A DNA stretch of 64,000 bases from an uncultured Prochlorococcus sp. (lineage in GTDB: Bacteria; Cyanobacteriota; Cyanobacteriia; PCC-6307; Cyanobiaceae), in contig CACNYU010000001.1 of NCBI GenBank assembly GCA_902624785.1, forward strand, positions 18,737 to 82,736. The letters are read 5' to 3'. The stretch's first letter is position 1, and each line of letters starts with the position of its first letter. Under the pieces are notes generated by a model, which saw nothing but the letters and a program-made list of their open reading frames with translations, was not told the origin of the DNA and made no database searches. Below are positions 32,572-42,603 of this stretch, one piece after another. The translations under genes and the position numbers were made by a program.

Positions 32572-32663
32572 GTATTAACAAATACAGAAAAATAATATTA
32601 ATAAAACCTAATTAGCAAAACGTTATAAATAATACATTTTAAAAATTCGTTGATCAATATCTT
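32572..32663 (+). promoter_or_regulatory. NtcA-activated promoter of urtA
   Basis: GTA-N8-TAC at 32572-32585; GTT-N8-TAC at 32622-32635 followed after 22 nt by TATCTT (TAN3T) at 32658-32663. Confidence 0.7.
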
Positions 32664-32705
32664 CAACATTATCCCTTTCAGGGTAATTATTAATAAACAA
32701 AATTC

Positions 32706-33986
32706 ATGAGAATTTCAAGGCGTATTTTAGCTGGCTTAGCCACAGCATCAATAGCTACAACTTTAACTTCGTGCGGAGGAGGTTCTAAAACTTCTGGAAG
32801 TTTTGACGATTCAGTAACAGTTGGCATCTTGCACTCTTTATCCGGAACAATGGCAATTTCAGAATCAACTCTTGTTGACACTGAAATAATGGCAATAGAA
32901 GAAATTAATGCCTCAGGTGGAATTACTATTGACGGTAAAAGTTACAAGATTGAGTACATCATTGAAGATGGGGCATCAGATTGGCCAACATTTGCAGAAA
33001 AATCCAAAAAACTTATAGATCAAGATAAAGTTCCTGTTGTCTTTGGTGGTTGGACATCTGCAAGTAGAAAAGCAATGTTACCAGTTTACGAATCAAAAGA
33101 CGCATTCCTTTATTACCCTATTCAATACGAAGCACAAGAATGCTCAAATAACATTTTTTATACTGGAGCAACACCTAATCAACAATCTGAACCAGCTACA
33201 GAATTTATGTATAAACGTTCACCTGCCGCAGGGGGTGATTTTTTCCTCGTAGGTTCAGATTATGTTTTCCCAAGGACATCAAATACCATTACAAAAGCTC
33301 AAGTCAAACAACTTGGTGGAAGGGTCGTTGGTGAGGATTATCTTCCACTGGGCAACACAGAAGTGGCACCAATTATTTCCAAAATCAAAAAGGCTCTTCC
33401 CTCAGGAGGAATAATTATTAATACCTTAAATGGAGACCAAAATGTAGCCTTTTTTAAACAAATCCAAGATGCTGGCATAACACCTTCAGAAGGTTATTAT
33501 GTCATGAATTATTCAATAGCCGAGGAGGAAATTAGTACTATTGGACCTGAATTCCTGGAAGGCCATTACGGTGCATGGAATTATATGATGTCTATAGATT
33601 CTCCCGCCTCTAAGAAGTTTGCTGCAAACTTTAAAAAAAGATGGGGTTCTGATCGAGTTGTAGCTGATCCACAAGAATCTGCTTACAACATGGTTTATTT
33701 ATGGAAACAAGCCGTTGAAGATGCAGGTACATTTGATGATAACGCTGTGAGAGATGCATTAATTGGGCAAAAGTTTGATGCTCCGCAAGGTCCAGTCGAA
33801 GTAATGCCTAATCATCACTTATCTCAAACTGTAAGAATTGGTGAGATTAACTCTGAAGGAGGCTTTACTATTCTTGAAGAAACTGATGTAGTTTTACCTC
33901 AGGCATGGAATCAAAAACATCCTAGTTCTAAAGGATTTGCATGCGATTGGACAGACCCTTCAAAAGGTGAAAAATATAGACTCTAG
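32706..33986 (+). CDS. urtA: Urea ABC transporter substrate-binding lipoprotein
   Basis: Lipobox LTSC; VGILHSLSGTMAISE and FGGWTSASRK motifs. Confidence 0.97.
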   Translation: MRISRRILAGLATASIATTLTSCGGGSKTSGSFDDSVTVGILHSLSGTMAISESTLVDTEIMAIEEINASGGITIDGKSYKIEYIIEDGASDWPTFAEKSKKLIDQDKVPVVFGGWTSASRKAMLPVYESKDAFLYYPIQYEAQECSNNIFYTGATPNQQSEPATEFMYKRSPAAGGDFFLVGSDYVFPRTSNTITKAQVKQLGGRVVGEDYLPLGNTEVAPIISKIKKALPSGGIIINTLNGDQNVAFFKQIQDAGITPSEGYYVMNYSIAEEEISTIGPEFLEGHYGAWNYMMSIDSPASKKFAANFKKRWGSDRVVADPQESAYNMVYLWKQAVEDAGTFDDNAVRDALIGQKFDAPQGPVEVMPNHHLSQTVRIGEINSEGGFTILEETDVVLPQAWNQKHPSSKGFACDWTDPSKGEKYRL

Positions 33987-34010
33987 TTTATTAAATATTT
34001 CCCTTATTAC

Positions 34011-34041
34011 AAGAAGAGGATTCAAATCCTCTTCTTTTTTT
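34011..34041 (+). terminator. Intra-operon hairpin/terminator after urtA
   Basis: AAGAAGAGGAT-tcaa-ATCCTCTTCTT followed by a T-run. Confidence 0.75.
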
Positions 34042-34060
34042 CAAATAATTATTTTTAAAA

Positions 34061-35215
34061 TTGGAGTTACTTTTAGATAGTATTTTTAACGGCATAGCAA
34101 TTGGTTCTGTGTTGCTTGTTGCTGCTTTGGGTTTGGCAATTGTTTTTGGATTAATGGGAGTTATTAATCTTGCACATGGAGAGCTAATGATGCTTGGTGC
34201 TTATACAACTTATGTCACTCAATTAATTTTTAAACTACCCATTCTCAAACCCTTTTACAACTGGTATGTAATTATCTCCATCTTTTTAGCATTCATTGTA
34301 AGTGGAGTAGTCGGCATAATACTAGAAAAAACGATTATCAGAAAACTATACGGAAGTCCTCTAGAAACTTTGTTAGCGACATGGGGTGTAAGTTTGATTT
34401 TACAACAATTTGTAAGATCGGTTCCTCTTTCATATGGATCTGGTTTAATTATTTCTCTTCTGATTGGCATGGTTCTACCATTATTTTTTCCAACAAAAAT
34501 TAAAGAGTCTATTAAATTTAAATACTACAAACTTGCTTCTTGGTCGTTTGCAACATTAATTGGAATATTATCTGCAGAATTAATATCTTCTTTAATTAGT
34601 AAGCTAGGAAGAGCTAGCTCAAGAAATGTTGATGTAACGGCACCTGCATGGATGAGAGGTCAGATAGAGATACTTGGAAACACATTTCCTAAAACAAGAT
34701 TAATGATTATTATTATCACGTTAATATCAGTGATAGCAATAATATGTTTTTTAAATCAGAGTGCGTGGGGGATAAGAATTAGGGCAGTTACACAAAATAG
34801 GCAAATGTGTGATTGTCTTGGAATTTCAACAGAAAAAGTTGATGTAATTACATTTGGGATTGGTTCTGGATTGGCAGGAGTTGCAGGAGTTGCAGTATCT
34901 CTTCTTGGATCAGTAGGCCCAAATGTTGGAGGAAACTATATTGTTGGATGCTTCATGGTAGTCGTCCTAGGAGGGGTTGGTAATCTACTTGGGACTATAT
35001 TTGCTTCCTTTGGAATTGGCATTATGACTGACCTAATTGGAGCTGGAAGACTATTAAATATTTGGCCAAATATGCCATTATCTCTCTCGAACACAATTAA
35101 TTTTTTTGCGACAACAAGTATGGCAAGAGTAATGATTTTTGCACTTATAGTTATATTTTTACAATTCAAGCCTTCAGGCTTATTCCCTCAAAAGGGAAGG
35201 ATGGTTGAAAGCTGA
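34061..35215 (+). CDS. urtB: Urea ABC transporter permease
   Basis: FGLMGVINLAHGE motif; operon position. Confidence 0.95.
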   Translation: MELLLDSIFNGIAIGSVLLVAALGLAIVFGLMGVINLAHGELMMLGAYTTYVTQLIFKLPILKPFYNWYVIISIFLAFIVSGVVGIILEKTIIRKLYGSPLETLLATWGVSLILQQFVRSVPLSYGSGLIISLLIGMVLPLFFPTKIKESIKFKYYKLASWSFATLIGILSAELISSLISKLGRASSRNVDVTAPAWMRGQIEILGNTFPKTRLMIIIITLISVIAIICFLNQSAWGIRIRAVTQNRQMCDCLGISTEKVDVITFGIGSGLAGVAGVAVSLLGSVGPNVGGNYIVGCFMVVVLGGVGNLLGTIFASFGIGIMTDLIGAGRLLNIWPNMPLSLSNTINFFATTSMARVMIFALIVIFLQFKPSGLFPQKGRMVES

Positions 35216-36339
35216 TGAATACAAAAAATATCAAAATTAATGGAAGATTGAAATTTATTTTTTGGGTTTTATTAATAGCTTTTGTAGTAGCGGCTCCTTC
35301 ATTACTTCCCGTTTTTAGATTGAATTTATTGGGTAGATATCTTTCTTTGGCAATAGTTGCTTTAGGGGTTGATCTTATCTGGGGATTCACTGGATTATTA
35401 AGTCTTGGGCAAGGAATATTTTTTACATTAGGTGGTTATTGCGTAGCTATGTATTTGCAACTAAATAGTTCATCAGAATTTCCAAATAATATTCCTGAAT
35501 TCTTTGCACTTTATGGTGTAAAAGATTTACCTTTCTTCTGGGCGCCATTTAAATCTCTTTTTTTCACTTTATTTGCTGCTTGGCTAATACCTGCTCTAGT
35601 TGCCGCGATATTAGGGTTTCTAGTATTCAGAAATAGAATAAAAGGTGTTTATTTTTCAATTCTTACTCAGGCATCCCTTTTAGTATTTTTTAATTTCTTC
35701 AATGGACAACAAAAATTAATTAACGGCACCAATGGTCTGAAAACTGATGTAACTCAATTATTTGGTCAAATGGTTGGATCAGAGTTAATTCAGAGATATT
35801 TTTTCTGGATTACTGTTTTTTTAGTAATAACAGCATGGTTTTTCTCTAAATGGTTAATAAAGGGTCGTTTTGGCAATATCCTTATTGGAATACGAGATGA
35901 CGAGCCAAGAGTAAGATTTACAGGTTACAATCCAGTTCTTTTTAAGACCATTATTTTCTCGATTGCAGGTGCTTTAGCAGGCATATCAGGAGCTTTATAT
36001 ACTGTTCAATCTGGAATAGTTTCACCCCAATTCATGACTGTACCCTTTTCTATAGAAATGGTTATATGGGTAGCAGTAGGTGGAAGGGGAACATTATTAG
36101 GGGCAATTCTTGGTGCAGTATTTATAAATTATGCAAAAAGTTTAGTAAGCGAAGCATTGCCTGCAAGTTGGATGTTTATACAGGGAGGTTTATTCATTCT
36201 TGTAGTAACAACATTGCCGCAAGGTATCTTAGGTTGGTTATATAGTGAAAGCCCTAGAAATCTTTTGCAGAGGTTTGGATTTATAAGAAAAATTAAAACC
36301 TACCCTAGTTTAGAAATTAATAAAAATGGAGAAAGTTAA
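35215..36339 (+). CDS. urtC: Urea ABC transporter permease
   Basis: DLIWGFTGLLSLGQ and VIWVAVGGRG motifs. Confidence 0.95.
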   Translation: MNTKNIKINGRLKFIFWVLLIAFVVAAPSLLPVFRLNLLGRYLSLAIVALGVDLIWGFTGLLSLGQGIFFTLGGYCVAMYLQLNSSSEFPNNIPEFFALYGVKDLPFFWAPFKSLFFTLFAAWLIPALVAAILGFLVFRNRIKGVYFSILTQASLLVFFNFFNGQQKLINGTNGLKTDVTQLFGQMVGSELIQRYFFWITVFLVITAWFFSKWLIKGRFGNILIGIRDDEPRVRFTGYNPVLFKTIIFSIAGALAGISGALYTVQSGIVSPQFMTVPFSIEMVIWVAVGGRGTLLGAILGAVFINYAKSLVSEALPASWMFIQGGLFILVVTTLPQGILGWLYSESPRNLLQRFGFIRKIKTYPSLEINKNGES

Positions 36340-36342
36340 ATC

Positions 36343-37095
36343 ATGAAATCTGATACAGAGAATCTCTTATCCCTTGTTGATGTTACGGTAAATTTTGAAG
36401 GTTTCTTAGCTCTAAATAATTTAAATCTAAAAATCAAAAGAGGTGAGCTTAGAGCAATTATCGGACCAAATGGAGCAGGTAAAACAACATTTCTTGATGT
36501 TATTACAGGAAAGGTTAAACCTACTAAAGGTCAAGTTATTTTCAAAGAAATTTCCTTAATAGGAAGAAAAGAACATAAAATTGCAAGATTAGGAGTTGGG
36601 AGAAAATTCCAAAGTCCAAGAGTGTTTGAGAATTTATCTGTTCAAGAGAATCTTGAATTATCTGTTAGTTCTCCCAAAAGTCCTCTTCATCTTCTTAAGA
36701 AAAATATCATTAAGGATCAATTAGAAGAGGTATTTCAACTAATGAAAGTTGTAAATTTAACCAAAAAAAATGATATAAAAGCAGGAGCTTTATCTCATGG
36801 ACAAAAACAATGGCTTGAAATAGCTATGTTGCTAGGTCAAAAACCAGATTTAATGCTTGTTGATGAACCAGTTGCCGGATTAACTGATGAAGAGACTGAT
36901 CTAACAGCAGATTTATTAAAATCCCTTGCCGGTAAAAATACTGTTCTGATAATTGATCATGATATGGACTTTATAAGAAGACTAGATTGTAAGGTAACCG
37001 TTCTTAACCAAGGGGCTGTCTTATTTGAAGGAAATATGGATACAATTCAAAATAATCAAAAGGTAATTGACGTTTACTTAGGGAGACCAGATTAA
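36343..37095 (+). CDS. urtD: Urea ABC transporter ATP-binding protein
   Basis: GPNGAGKT and LSHGQKQWLE motifs. Confidence 0.95.
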   Translation: MKSDTENLLSLVDVTVNFEGFLALNNLNLKIKRGELRAIIGPNGAGKTTFLDVITGKVKPTKGQVIFKEISLIGRKEHKIARLGVGRKFQSPRVFENLSVQENLELSVSSPKSPLHLLKKNIIKDQLEEVFQLMKVVNLTKKNDIKAGALSHGQKQWLEIAMLLGQKPDLMLVDEPVAGLTDEETDLTADLLKSLAGKNTVLIIDHDMDFIRRLDCKVTVLNQGAVLFEGNMDTIQNNQKVIDVYLGRPD

Positions 37096-37097
37096 TT

Positions 37098-37808
37098 ATG
37101 AGTAAATTAATTGAAATTAAATCATTAAATATATTTTATGGGGAGAGTCATATTTTAAGAGATATAGATCTTAGTGTTAAGGCAGGAGAAATGGTGTGTG
37201 TTATTGGAAGGAATGGGGTTGGTAAAACTACTTTACTTAAATCATTAATAGGACTCCTTAAAACAAAATCAGGAGAAATAAATTTTCTAGGCGAAAATAT
37301 CAACAGACAAATGCCACATCAAAGAGCGAGAAAAGGAATCGCTTATGTTCCCCAAGGTAGAGAAATAATTCCTTACTTAACGGTAGAAGAGAATTTAATG
37401 CTTGGAATGGAATCCCTGCCAGGTGGATTATCAAAGAACAAAAAAATAGATGATTTTATATACGAATTATTTCCAATACTAAAAGAATTTCTCTCAAGAA
37501 AAGGTGGTGACCTTAGTGGCGGGCAACAACAACAATTATCTATCGCAAGAGCTTTACTTGGGGAACCAAAATTACTTCTCTTAGATGAACCAACAGAAGG
37601 AATTCAACCCAATATTATTTTGGATATTGAAAGCGCAGTGACAAAAATTATTTTAGAAAAAGGTATTGGTGTTTTACTTGTAGAACAACATTTACATTTT
37701 GTTCGCCAGGCGGATAGGTATTATGCAATGCAAAGAGGAGGTATCGTAGCAAGTGGCGATTCCAGTGAATTAAGTAAAGAGGTTATCTCAAAATTTCTAT
37801 CAGTTTAA
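37098..37808 (+). CDS. urtE: Urea ABC transporter ATP-binding protein
   Basis: GRNGVGKT, LSGGQQQQ and DEPTEGIQP motifs. Confidence 0.95.
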   Translation: MSKLIEIKSLNIFYGESHILRDIDLSVKAGEMVCVIGRNGVGKTTLLKSLIGLLKTKSGEINFLGENINRQMPHQRARKGIAYVPQGREIIPYLTVEENLMLGMESLPGGLSKNKKIDDFIYELFPILKEFLSRKGGDLSGGQQQQLSIARALLGEPKLLLLDEPTEGIQPNIILDIESAVTKIILEKGIGVLLVEQHLHFVRQADRYYAMQRGGIVASGDSSELSKEVISKFLSV

Positions 37809-38430
37809 AATCAAATTATTTTATAGGATTCATAAATTTTTAAACATTTTCAAGATAATAATTATCGCTAATCGTTTTCTTTATGCAATTTGAGGTCTAA
37901 ATAAGAGAATAGTAATAAAAAAAGACAAGCAGATAAACCTGCAATTAATACAATAATTATGCTATTAAGTCCATCAATCACTGAATAAAAAAGATTTGTT
38001 TGAGAGAAAAGCTTAGAAAGCATAATAAAAATTCAATTTGTACAATAACTATCTATTAAAAAATTTTTTAAAAAAGTATTCAATTTATCAAAATTTAAAT
38101 TGTTTATTTTTAAATGAAAGCAATTTCATCTTTATCAACTAGCCTTTAAATCTTCATTATCTGTTATTAACTTTATTAAATTATTTCTTTTTAAGTTTTC
38201 TTCATTATGAGTACTAATATAGATGAACTTAAAAGTAATTAATCCTCTATCTCTACTACCTTTAAACCATTTTCTATTTTGAATCATAATAAAAATCTTT
38301 TTCTTAAATTATCTTGATTCAATTCTGTATGTCGTATTAATTTATACACTAAATTTACGTTATAAATTTCAATTTAAAAGTTTAATATCATAATTAGTTT
38401 AATTTTAATTAAGATCTAAATCAAAAGAAT

Positions 38431-38673
38431 TCAATCAATAACGTTTACTTTTTGATTGATTGATTTGAGCCATGAATAATATCTTGATTTTCTATTTCTT
38501 TGCTCTTTTAAAACTAATCTATCCGCAGACTGATATGGAGATTCACCTCTTTCGATATTTGTCGTTATGCAGATGCCATATCCTTTAGCCTCAATTTTTG
38601 CATTAGCCCCCTCCAAAAAAAAGAGAAAAGACCAACCTTTATTCCATCCAAGATAAAAAGGGTTAGGGTTCAT
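38431..38673 (-). CDS. Conserved hypothetical protein
   Basis: 80-aa ORF, GWSFLFFLEG...SADRLV. Confidence 0.6.
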   Translation of the reverse strand: MNPNPFYLGWNKGWSFLFFLEGANAKIEAKGYGICITTNIERGESPYQSADRLVLKEQRNRKSRYYSWLKSINQKVNVID

Positions 38674-38852
38674 TATATTTTCAAGAAGTTTCTAAATAAA
38701 TCATAAATTCCTTTGAAAAACTTTCTTGTAATTAGAACTACAAAATAATTAGTTTATTTTTAATTAATTTTCATATAGATGCCATTTGATGCAATCTCTT
38801 TATTTAAGTATTGAGGAAAACTCTTATTGATAATTAAAATAAAGCTATCTTC

Positions 38853-38885
38853 AAAAAAAACCCCTCAGAATGAGAGGTGTTTTTT
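38853..38885 (-). terminator. Terminator of the DUF4278 peptide gene
   Basis: Imperfect GC hairpin flanked by A/T runs just after the peptide stop. Confidence 0.6.
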
Positions 38886-38889
38886 AAGT

Positions 38890-38994
38890 TTAATTTGTAT
38901 AAATCTTTCCTCTGTATTTGAGGGTTACATGATCTTTTGATGAGGATGACTTAGTTTGTAGGACATATTTCTGTCCTCTATATACGAGATTCAT
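38890..38994 (-). CDS. DUF4278 peptide (34 aa, two YRG repeats)
   Basis: MNLVYRGQKYVLQTKSSSSKDHVTLKYRGKIYTN; GGAG RBS upstream. Confidence 0.85.
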   Translation of the reverse strand: MNLVYRGQKYVLQTKSSSSKDHVTLKYRGKIYTN

Positions 38995-39000
38995 AACACT

Positions 39001-39072
39001 CTCCGTTTACGCTTAAGTCCCCGTTCCATGGCTTAAGTCGATCTGCGGCTTGCTTTTAAGCAAGTTGAACGT
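39001..39072 (-). ncRNA. Glutamine-II riboswitch (Downstream-peptide motif)
   Basis: 5' CGTTCA, hairpin CTTGCTT/AAGCAAG, GCA, then CTTAAG stem with GGAACGG loop able to pseudoknot with CGTTC; sits upstream of a YRG peptide. Confidence 0.85.
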
Positions 39073-39076
39073 TTTG

Positions 39077-39090
39077 GTATTATTTAATAC
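39077..39090. promoter_or_regulatory. NtcA-type box overlapping the riboswitch promoter (likely repressive)
   Basis: GTA-ttatttaa-TAC 5 nt upstream of the riboswitch 5' end. Confidence 0.55.
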
Positions 39091-39132
39091 ATTTATAAAT
39101 TTACCATAACTGAATAATTTATTCAATTAAAC

Positions 39133-39174
39133 GTAAAAATGAATACTTTTTAATGATCAATAATTTATTAAATT
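39133..39174 (+). promoter_or_regulatory. Canonical NtcA-activated promoter
   Basis: GTA-aaaatgaa-TAC (39133-39146), 22 nt, TAAATT (39169-39174). Confidence 0.65.
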
Positions 39175-39177
39175 TAA

Positions 39178-39251
39178 CTAACAGAAATCTCCTCACACAT
39201 TAATTTCTGTTAGGTTTCTAGATTTTCCTTCCAGTAAGTAAAAAATCTTTT
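39178..39251 (+). ncRNA. Yfr1/Yfr10-like sRNA candidate carrying the CTCCTCACAC seed
   Basis: 11-bp stem CTAACAGAAAT/ATTTCTGTTAG presents the loop CTCCTCACACATTA; second hairpin AGATTTT/AAAATCT with a T-run. Confidence 0.7.
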
Positions 39252-40183
39252 TATTTATAAAATACGAATGATAACTGATTCAAAGACTATCTCTTTAATT
39301 ATACTTATCATTATGATTATGATCCTGTTTATTATTCTATTTTAAATTCCCAAAAATAAAAGTTATCTATTAAATACTTAAGAATAAAAATTAATTTTTA
39401 GGAAATAAAAATTACATCCTCTTAAGATTTAAATAATTTTTGTTATTTAAAATGAAATACCATAGAAATTAGAATATTTCGTTAAACCTAGTAAAAAAAT
39501 TTAGGAACTGATTCTTCATAAACTATCCAAATTTATTTAAGATACTATTTAAGTATCAACTTTTACTACTTTATATATTAGATTAAAATTTTAGAATTAA
39601 TTTACATAGACAACAAATTTATTTTAGTTAGTTATATTTACACGATAGATATTAAAAACAAAATAACAAATGAAAGCAACAATATTTAATGAAATCACGA
39701 AAATCTAAGTCCCTATTGGCTGTTTGGAATCAATTTTTTATTATGAATTTCTCTTTTAATTTTTGAAAATAATTATTTTTCATTTTCAAGAAGAAGTTTA
39801 TATAATTTAAATCAACTCTTAAATTTTGTCTAATTAATATTTATCTAGGGATGAGAATTCTAATTATTAAAAAACAAAAAAAAATTAGTGACAATTTAAT
39901 AGATTCTTTTTATCCTTAAAACTCTCAACTATTTTCTTATAAAGTTCTTCTGAGATAGGTTGCATTTTAATGACTAAATGTACTAATAATTTAATTAATT
40001 TTCAATATTATTTAAGTTATAAGATATACGAATAAATACACCTATTTAAAAACAAACTGATTGTTTATACCTGTTTTACTTGAAAATTTTATAGATATGT
40101 AGAATTCGGTAAAGTTCGCCTAACTTCCTCCTTTTAATAAAAAACTCTTTAAAATTTATTCATTAACAAAATTCTTCTAAAAA

Positions 40184-40423
40184 TTGTCTAAAAAATTAAA
40201 AAAAGAATTATTCTGCGGTTTAGCTGATTGGATAATTGATAGCGAGCCAAATTATCCCTCATTTGGAGATTGCAAGTTATGGGTCAAGAAGAAAAACTCT
40301 AATTTCAAAATTACAAAAGAAATTGAAAGGGAAATATTGATGCTTTTAACTTATCTACCTATGAGTCAACGAATGAATAATGACTTACATGCTAAATATT
40401 TAGATCAAATATTGAATAAATAA
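40184..40423 (+). CDS. Hypothetical protein
   Basis: LADWI...PSFGDCKLWV; similar to 20663. Confidence 0.55.
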   Translation: MSKKLKKELFCGLADWIIDSEPNYPSFGDCKLWVKKKNSNFKITKEIEREILMLLTYLPMSQRMNNDLHAKYLDQILNK

Positions 40424-40807
40424 TATTCTCATAAATCAACATTCAAGAAAATATTTAAAGATATAAATATCTAGATTTTGAGGCCTAAAAAGATGCTCAT
40501 AAAGATTTTTAATAAATAAAATACATAAATTATTTATTTTCATGAAAATGAATTAATATTAAATAATAGGATCTGATTAAAAAAATTTTTTGACTCTGTA
40601 TTAATAGTAATTAATAATCCATTATTTATATTCATTAAAGACATATTCCTTATCTGACTTTTTTGAGATTAGTATTCTTTCAAGAGCATTCAATATGGCG
40701 TATGAAGAAATTTTATTTTGATATATGTAATTCAATTTAATAAGTTCTAATAAAAAATGTTTTAAACTAATAATTTAAATTAATAAATTAAAAATAACTA
40801 ATAATAT

Positions 40808-40933
40808 TTATAAATTATTTAATTTTGAATTAATTTTTTCTGCCTCATTCAAAAATCCAAGTGTTTCTTTTCTTCCGAAAGCAAATTCAGCAAGAATAAT
40901 AAGAGCTTGATATTTTTTATAATAATTTTCCAT
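40808..40933 (-). CDS. Small helical protein (41 aa, GRKE motif)
   Basis: MENYYKKYQALIILAEFAFGRKETLGFLNEAEKINSKLNNL. Confidence 0.55.
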   Translation of the reverse strand: MENYYKKYQALIILAEFAFGRKETLGFLNEAEKINSKLNNL

Positions 40934-40987
40934 ATAAAAGATCTAAGTAATCAATAAAATTTATATATTATTTTAAATAAGTAATTT

Positions 40988-41111
40988 GTATTAACAATGA
41001 CATAATATCTAGAATATTTTCTTTTGTTCATATATATTAAAATTTTGTATCTACTAATACTATTTCAAAATAAAATATCCATTAAAAATATTTTTTAGTA
41101 TTAGAAATTAC
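40988..41111. promoter_or_regulatory. Cluster of NtcA-type boxes upstream of the porins
   Basis: GTA-N8-GAC 40988-41001, GTA-N8-TAC 41047-41060 and 41098-41111. Confidence 0.5.
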
Positions 41112-41171
41112 AATATTAATTTTATAAAAATACTTTATTAAGAATGTACTTTATTACGTGTGAGGCAATTT

Positions 41172-42584
41172 ATGAAGTTTTTCCAAACTTTATTATTAGC
41201 TCCTGCTGTCTTAGGAATTATTGCTCCTATTTCTGCAAGTGCTACTGACATTAACCTTGAAGGAATGAATAGCTATTCAAGTAGCTCAAGGTCTGCAGGA
41301 TTTACAAACAATTATTTAAATGTTCAGCCAGGAGATTGGGCACACCAATCAATCAAAGATCTTGTTAAGTCAAGAGGCTGCAACGTAAATGTAAATGACA
41401 ATTCACTAACTAGATTTGAAGCTGCAGCTATCGTTAATTCCTGCTTAGGAGATGTAGCAGAAGTTTCAAATATTGAAAGAAGTCTTATCGATGAATTTTC
41501 AAGTGAGATTGCTCTTCTAAGAGGCCGTGTAGATGGCATCGAAGCTAGAATGAATGAATTCGAAGCAGGAAGTTTTTCTACTACAACAGTTGCATCATTT
41601 TCAGCTGATTTTGCAATAGGTGCTGTTGATGGTAAAAGTGTAACTGTACCAGGTGGTACCGGCACAAAAGTATTCGGTGATGATACTCTTGTTACAAAGG
41701 AAGCTGATTCAACATCAAAAGCTGAAGCACTTTCTTTTGATTATGCTTATCAAATTGATTTGACAACAAGCTTTACAGGTGAAGATTCATTAGATGTAAC
41801 CCTAGCTGCCGGTGTTGGTACACTTTCCGAATTTGATTTGAGCAAGGATGATGGCGACACATTGGTTGTAGATGGAATTTCTTACACCTTGCCATTAGGA
41901 GATAAGTTAACAACATTTATTAGTCATGGTGTTGAAGGGAGTGCACTTTTTAATACAGCATGTGTATATGGTGGCCCCACAAATACTTTAGATGACTGTG
42001 GAAATCTTAATTCTGCCTTAGCTGTTGGATTAGGAACTGCTGCGGGTGCATCCTATGATTTTGGTAATGGTTTAACAGCCTCAGTAGGATATGAAGGACA
42101 AGGAGACACAAAATCTGGAATTGGTACTAAGGAGGGTCTTGATGCGATAGCAGGCCAATTTGCTTACTCAACAGATAGTTTTGGTGTATCGGTTACACTT
42201 GCTGAAATTGAAACAAGTGCAACTCATGATGATACTTTTACAGCATTTAATGCATACTACTCCCCAATTAACAGCGGATTCCCATCCGTCAGTGTTGGTT
42301 ATGAGTGGGGCGATGTCGGAGGTGCAGCTTCGACTGAAGATGAGACCTCCCATTATTTCATTGGCCTTCAATGGGATGAGATTGGGGAAGGTACTTTTGG
42401 TATCGCTGCTGGAACTCATACACCAGTCATTGAAGATGGAGATGAGCTTATGATGTATGAAGCTTGGTATTCTTATCCAATTAATGATGGAATGACTATT
42501 ACCCCTTTAGTTTTTACTAAAGATATGGCTACTGGTACTGATGATCAAACTGGAATAATGGTGAAAACATCATTTAGTTTTTAA
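41172..42584 (+). CDS. som: Som-type outer-membrane porin with SLH domain
   Basis: MKFFQTLLLAPA signal, SLH (VQPGDWA..TRFEAAA), FSTTT, terminal TSFSF; ATG at 41172 after GTGTGAGG. Confidence 0.92.
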   Translation: MKFFQTLLLAPAVLGIIAPISASATDINLEGMNSYSSSSRSAGFTNNYLNVQPGDWAHQSIKDLVKSRGCNVNVNDNSLTRFEAAAIVNSCLGDVAEVSNIERSLIDEFSSEIALLRGRVDGIEARMNEFEAGSFSTTTVASFSADFAIGAVDGKSVTVPGGTGTKVFGDDTLVTKEADSTSKAEALSFDYAYQIDLTTSFTGEDSLDVTLAAGVGTLSEFDLSKDDGDTLVVDGISYTLPLGDKLTTFISHGVEGSALFNTACVYGGPTNTLDDCGNLNSALAVGLGTAAGASYDFGNGLTASVGYEGQGDTKSGIGTKEGLDAIAGQFAYSTDSFGVSVTLAEIETSATHDDTFTAFNAYYSPINSGFPSVSVGYEWGDVGGAASTEDETSHYFIGLQWDEIGEGTFGIAAGTHTPVIEDGDELMMYEAWYSYPINDGMTITPLVFTKDMATGTDDQTGIMVKTSFSF

Positions 42585-42603
42585 ATTTATTTAAAGAAGT
42601 ACT

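Noticed and set aside
25810-39566. Further GTA-N8-TAC matches (25810, 26216, 32455, 38334, 39553)
   Set aside because: The 6-bp motif occurs by chance in AT-rich DNA; I did not establish activating -10 spacing or an N-related target for these
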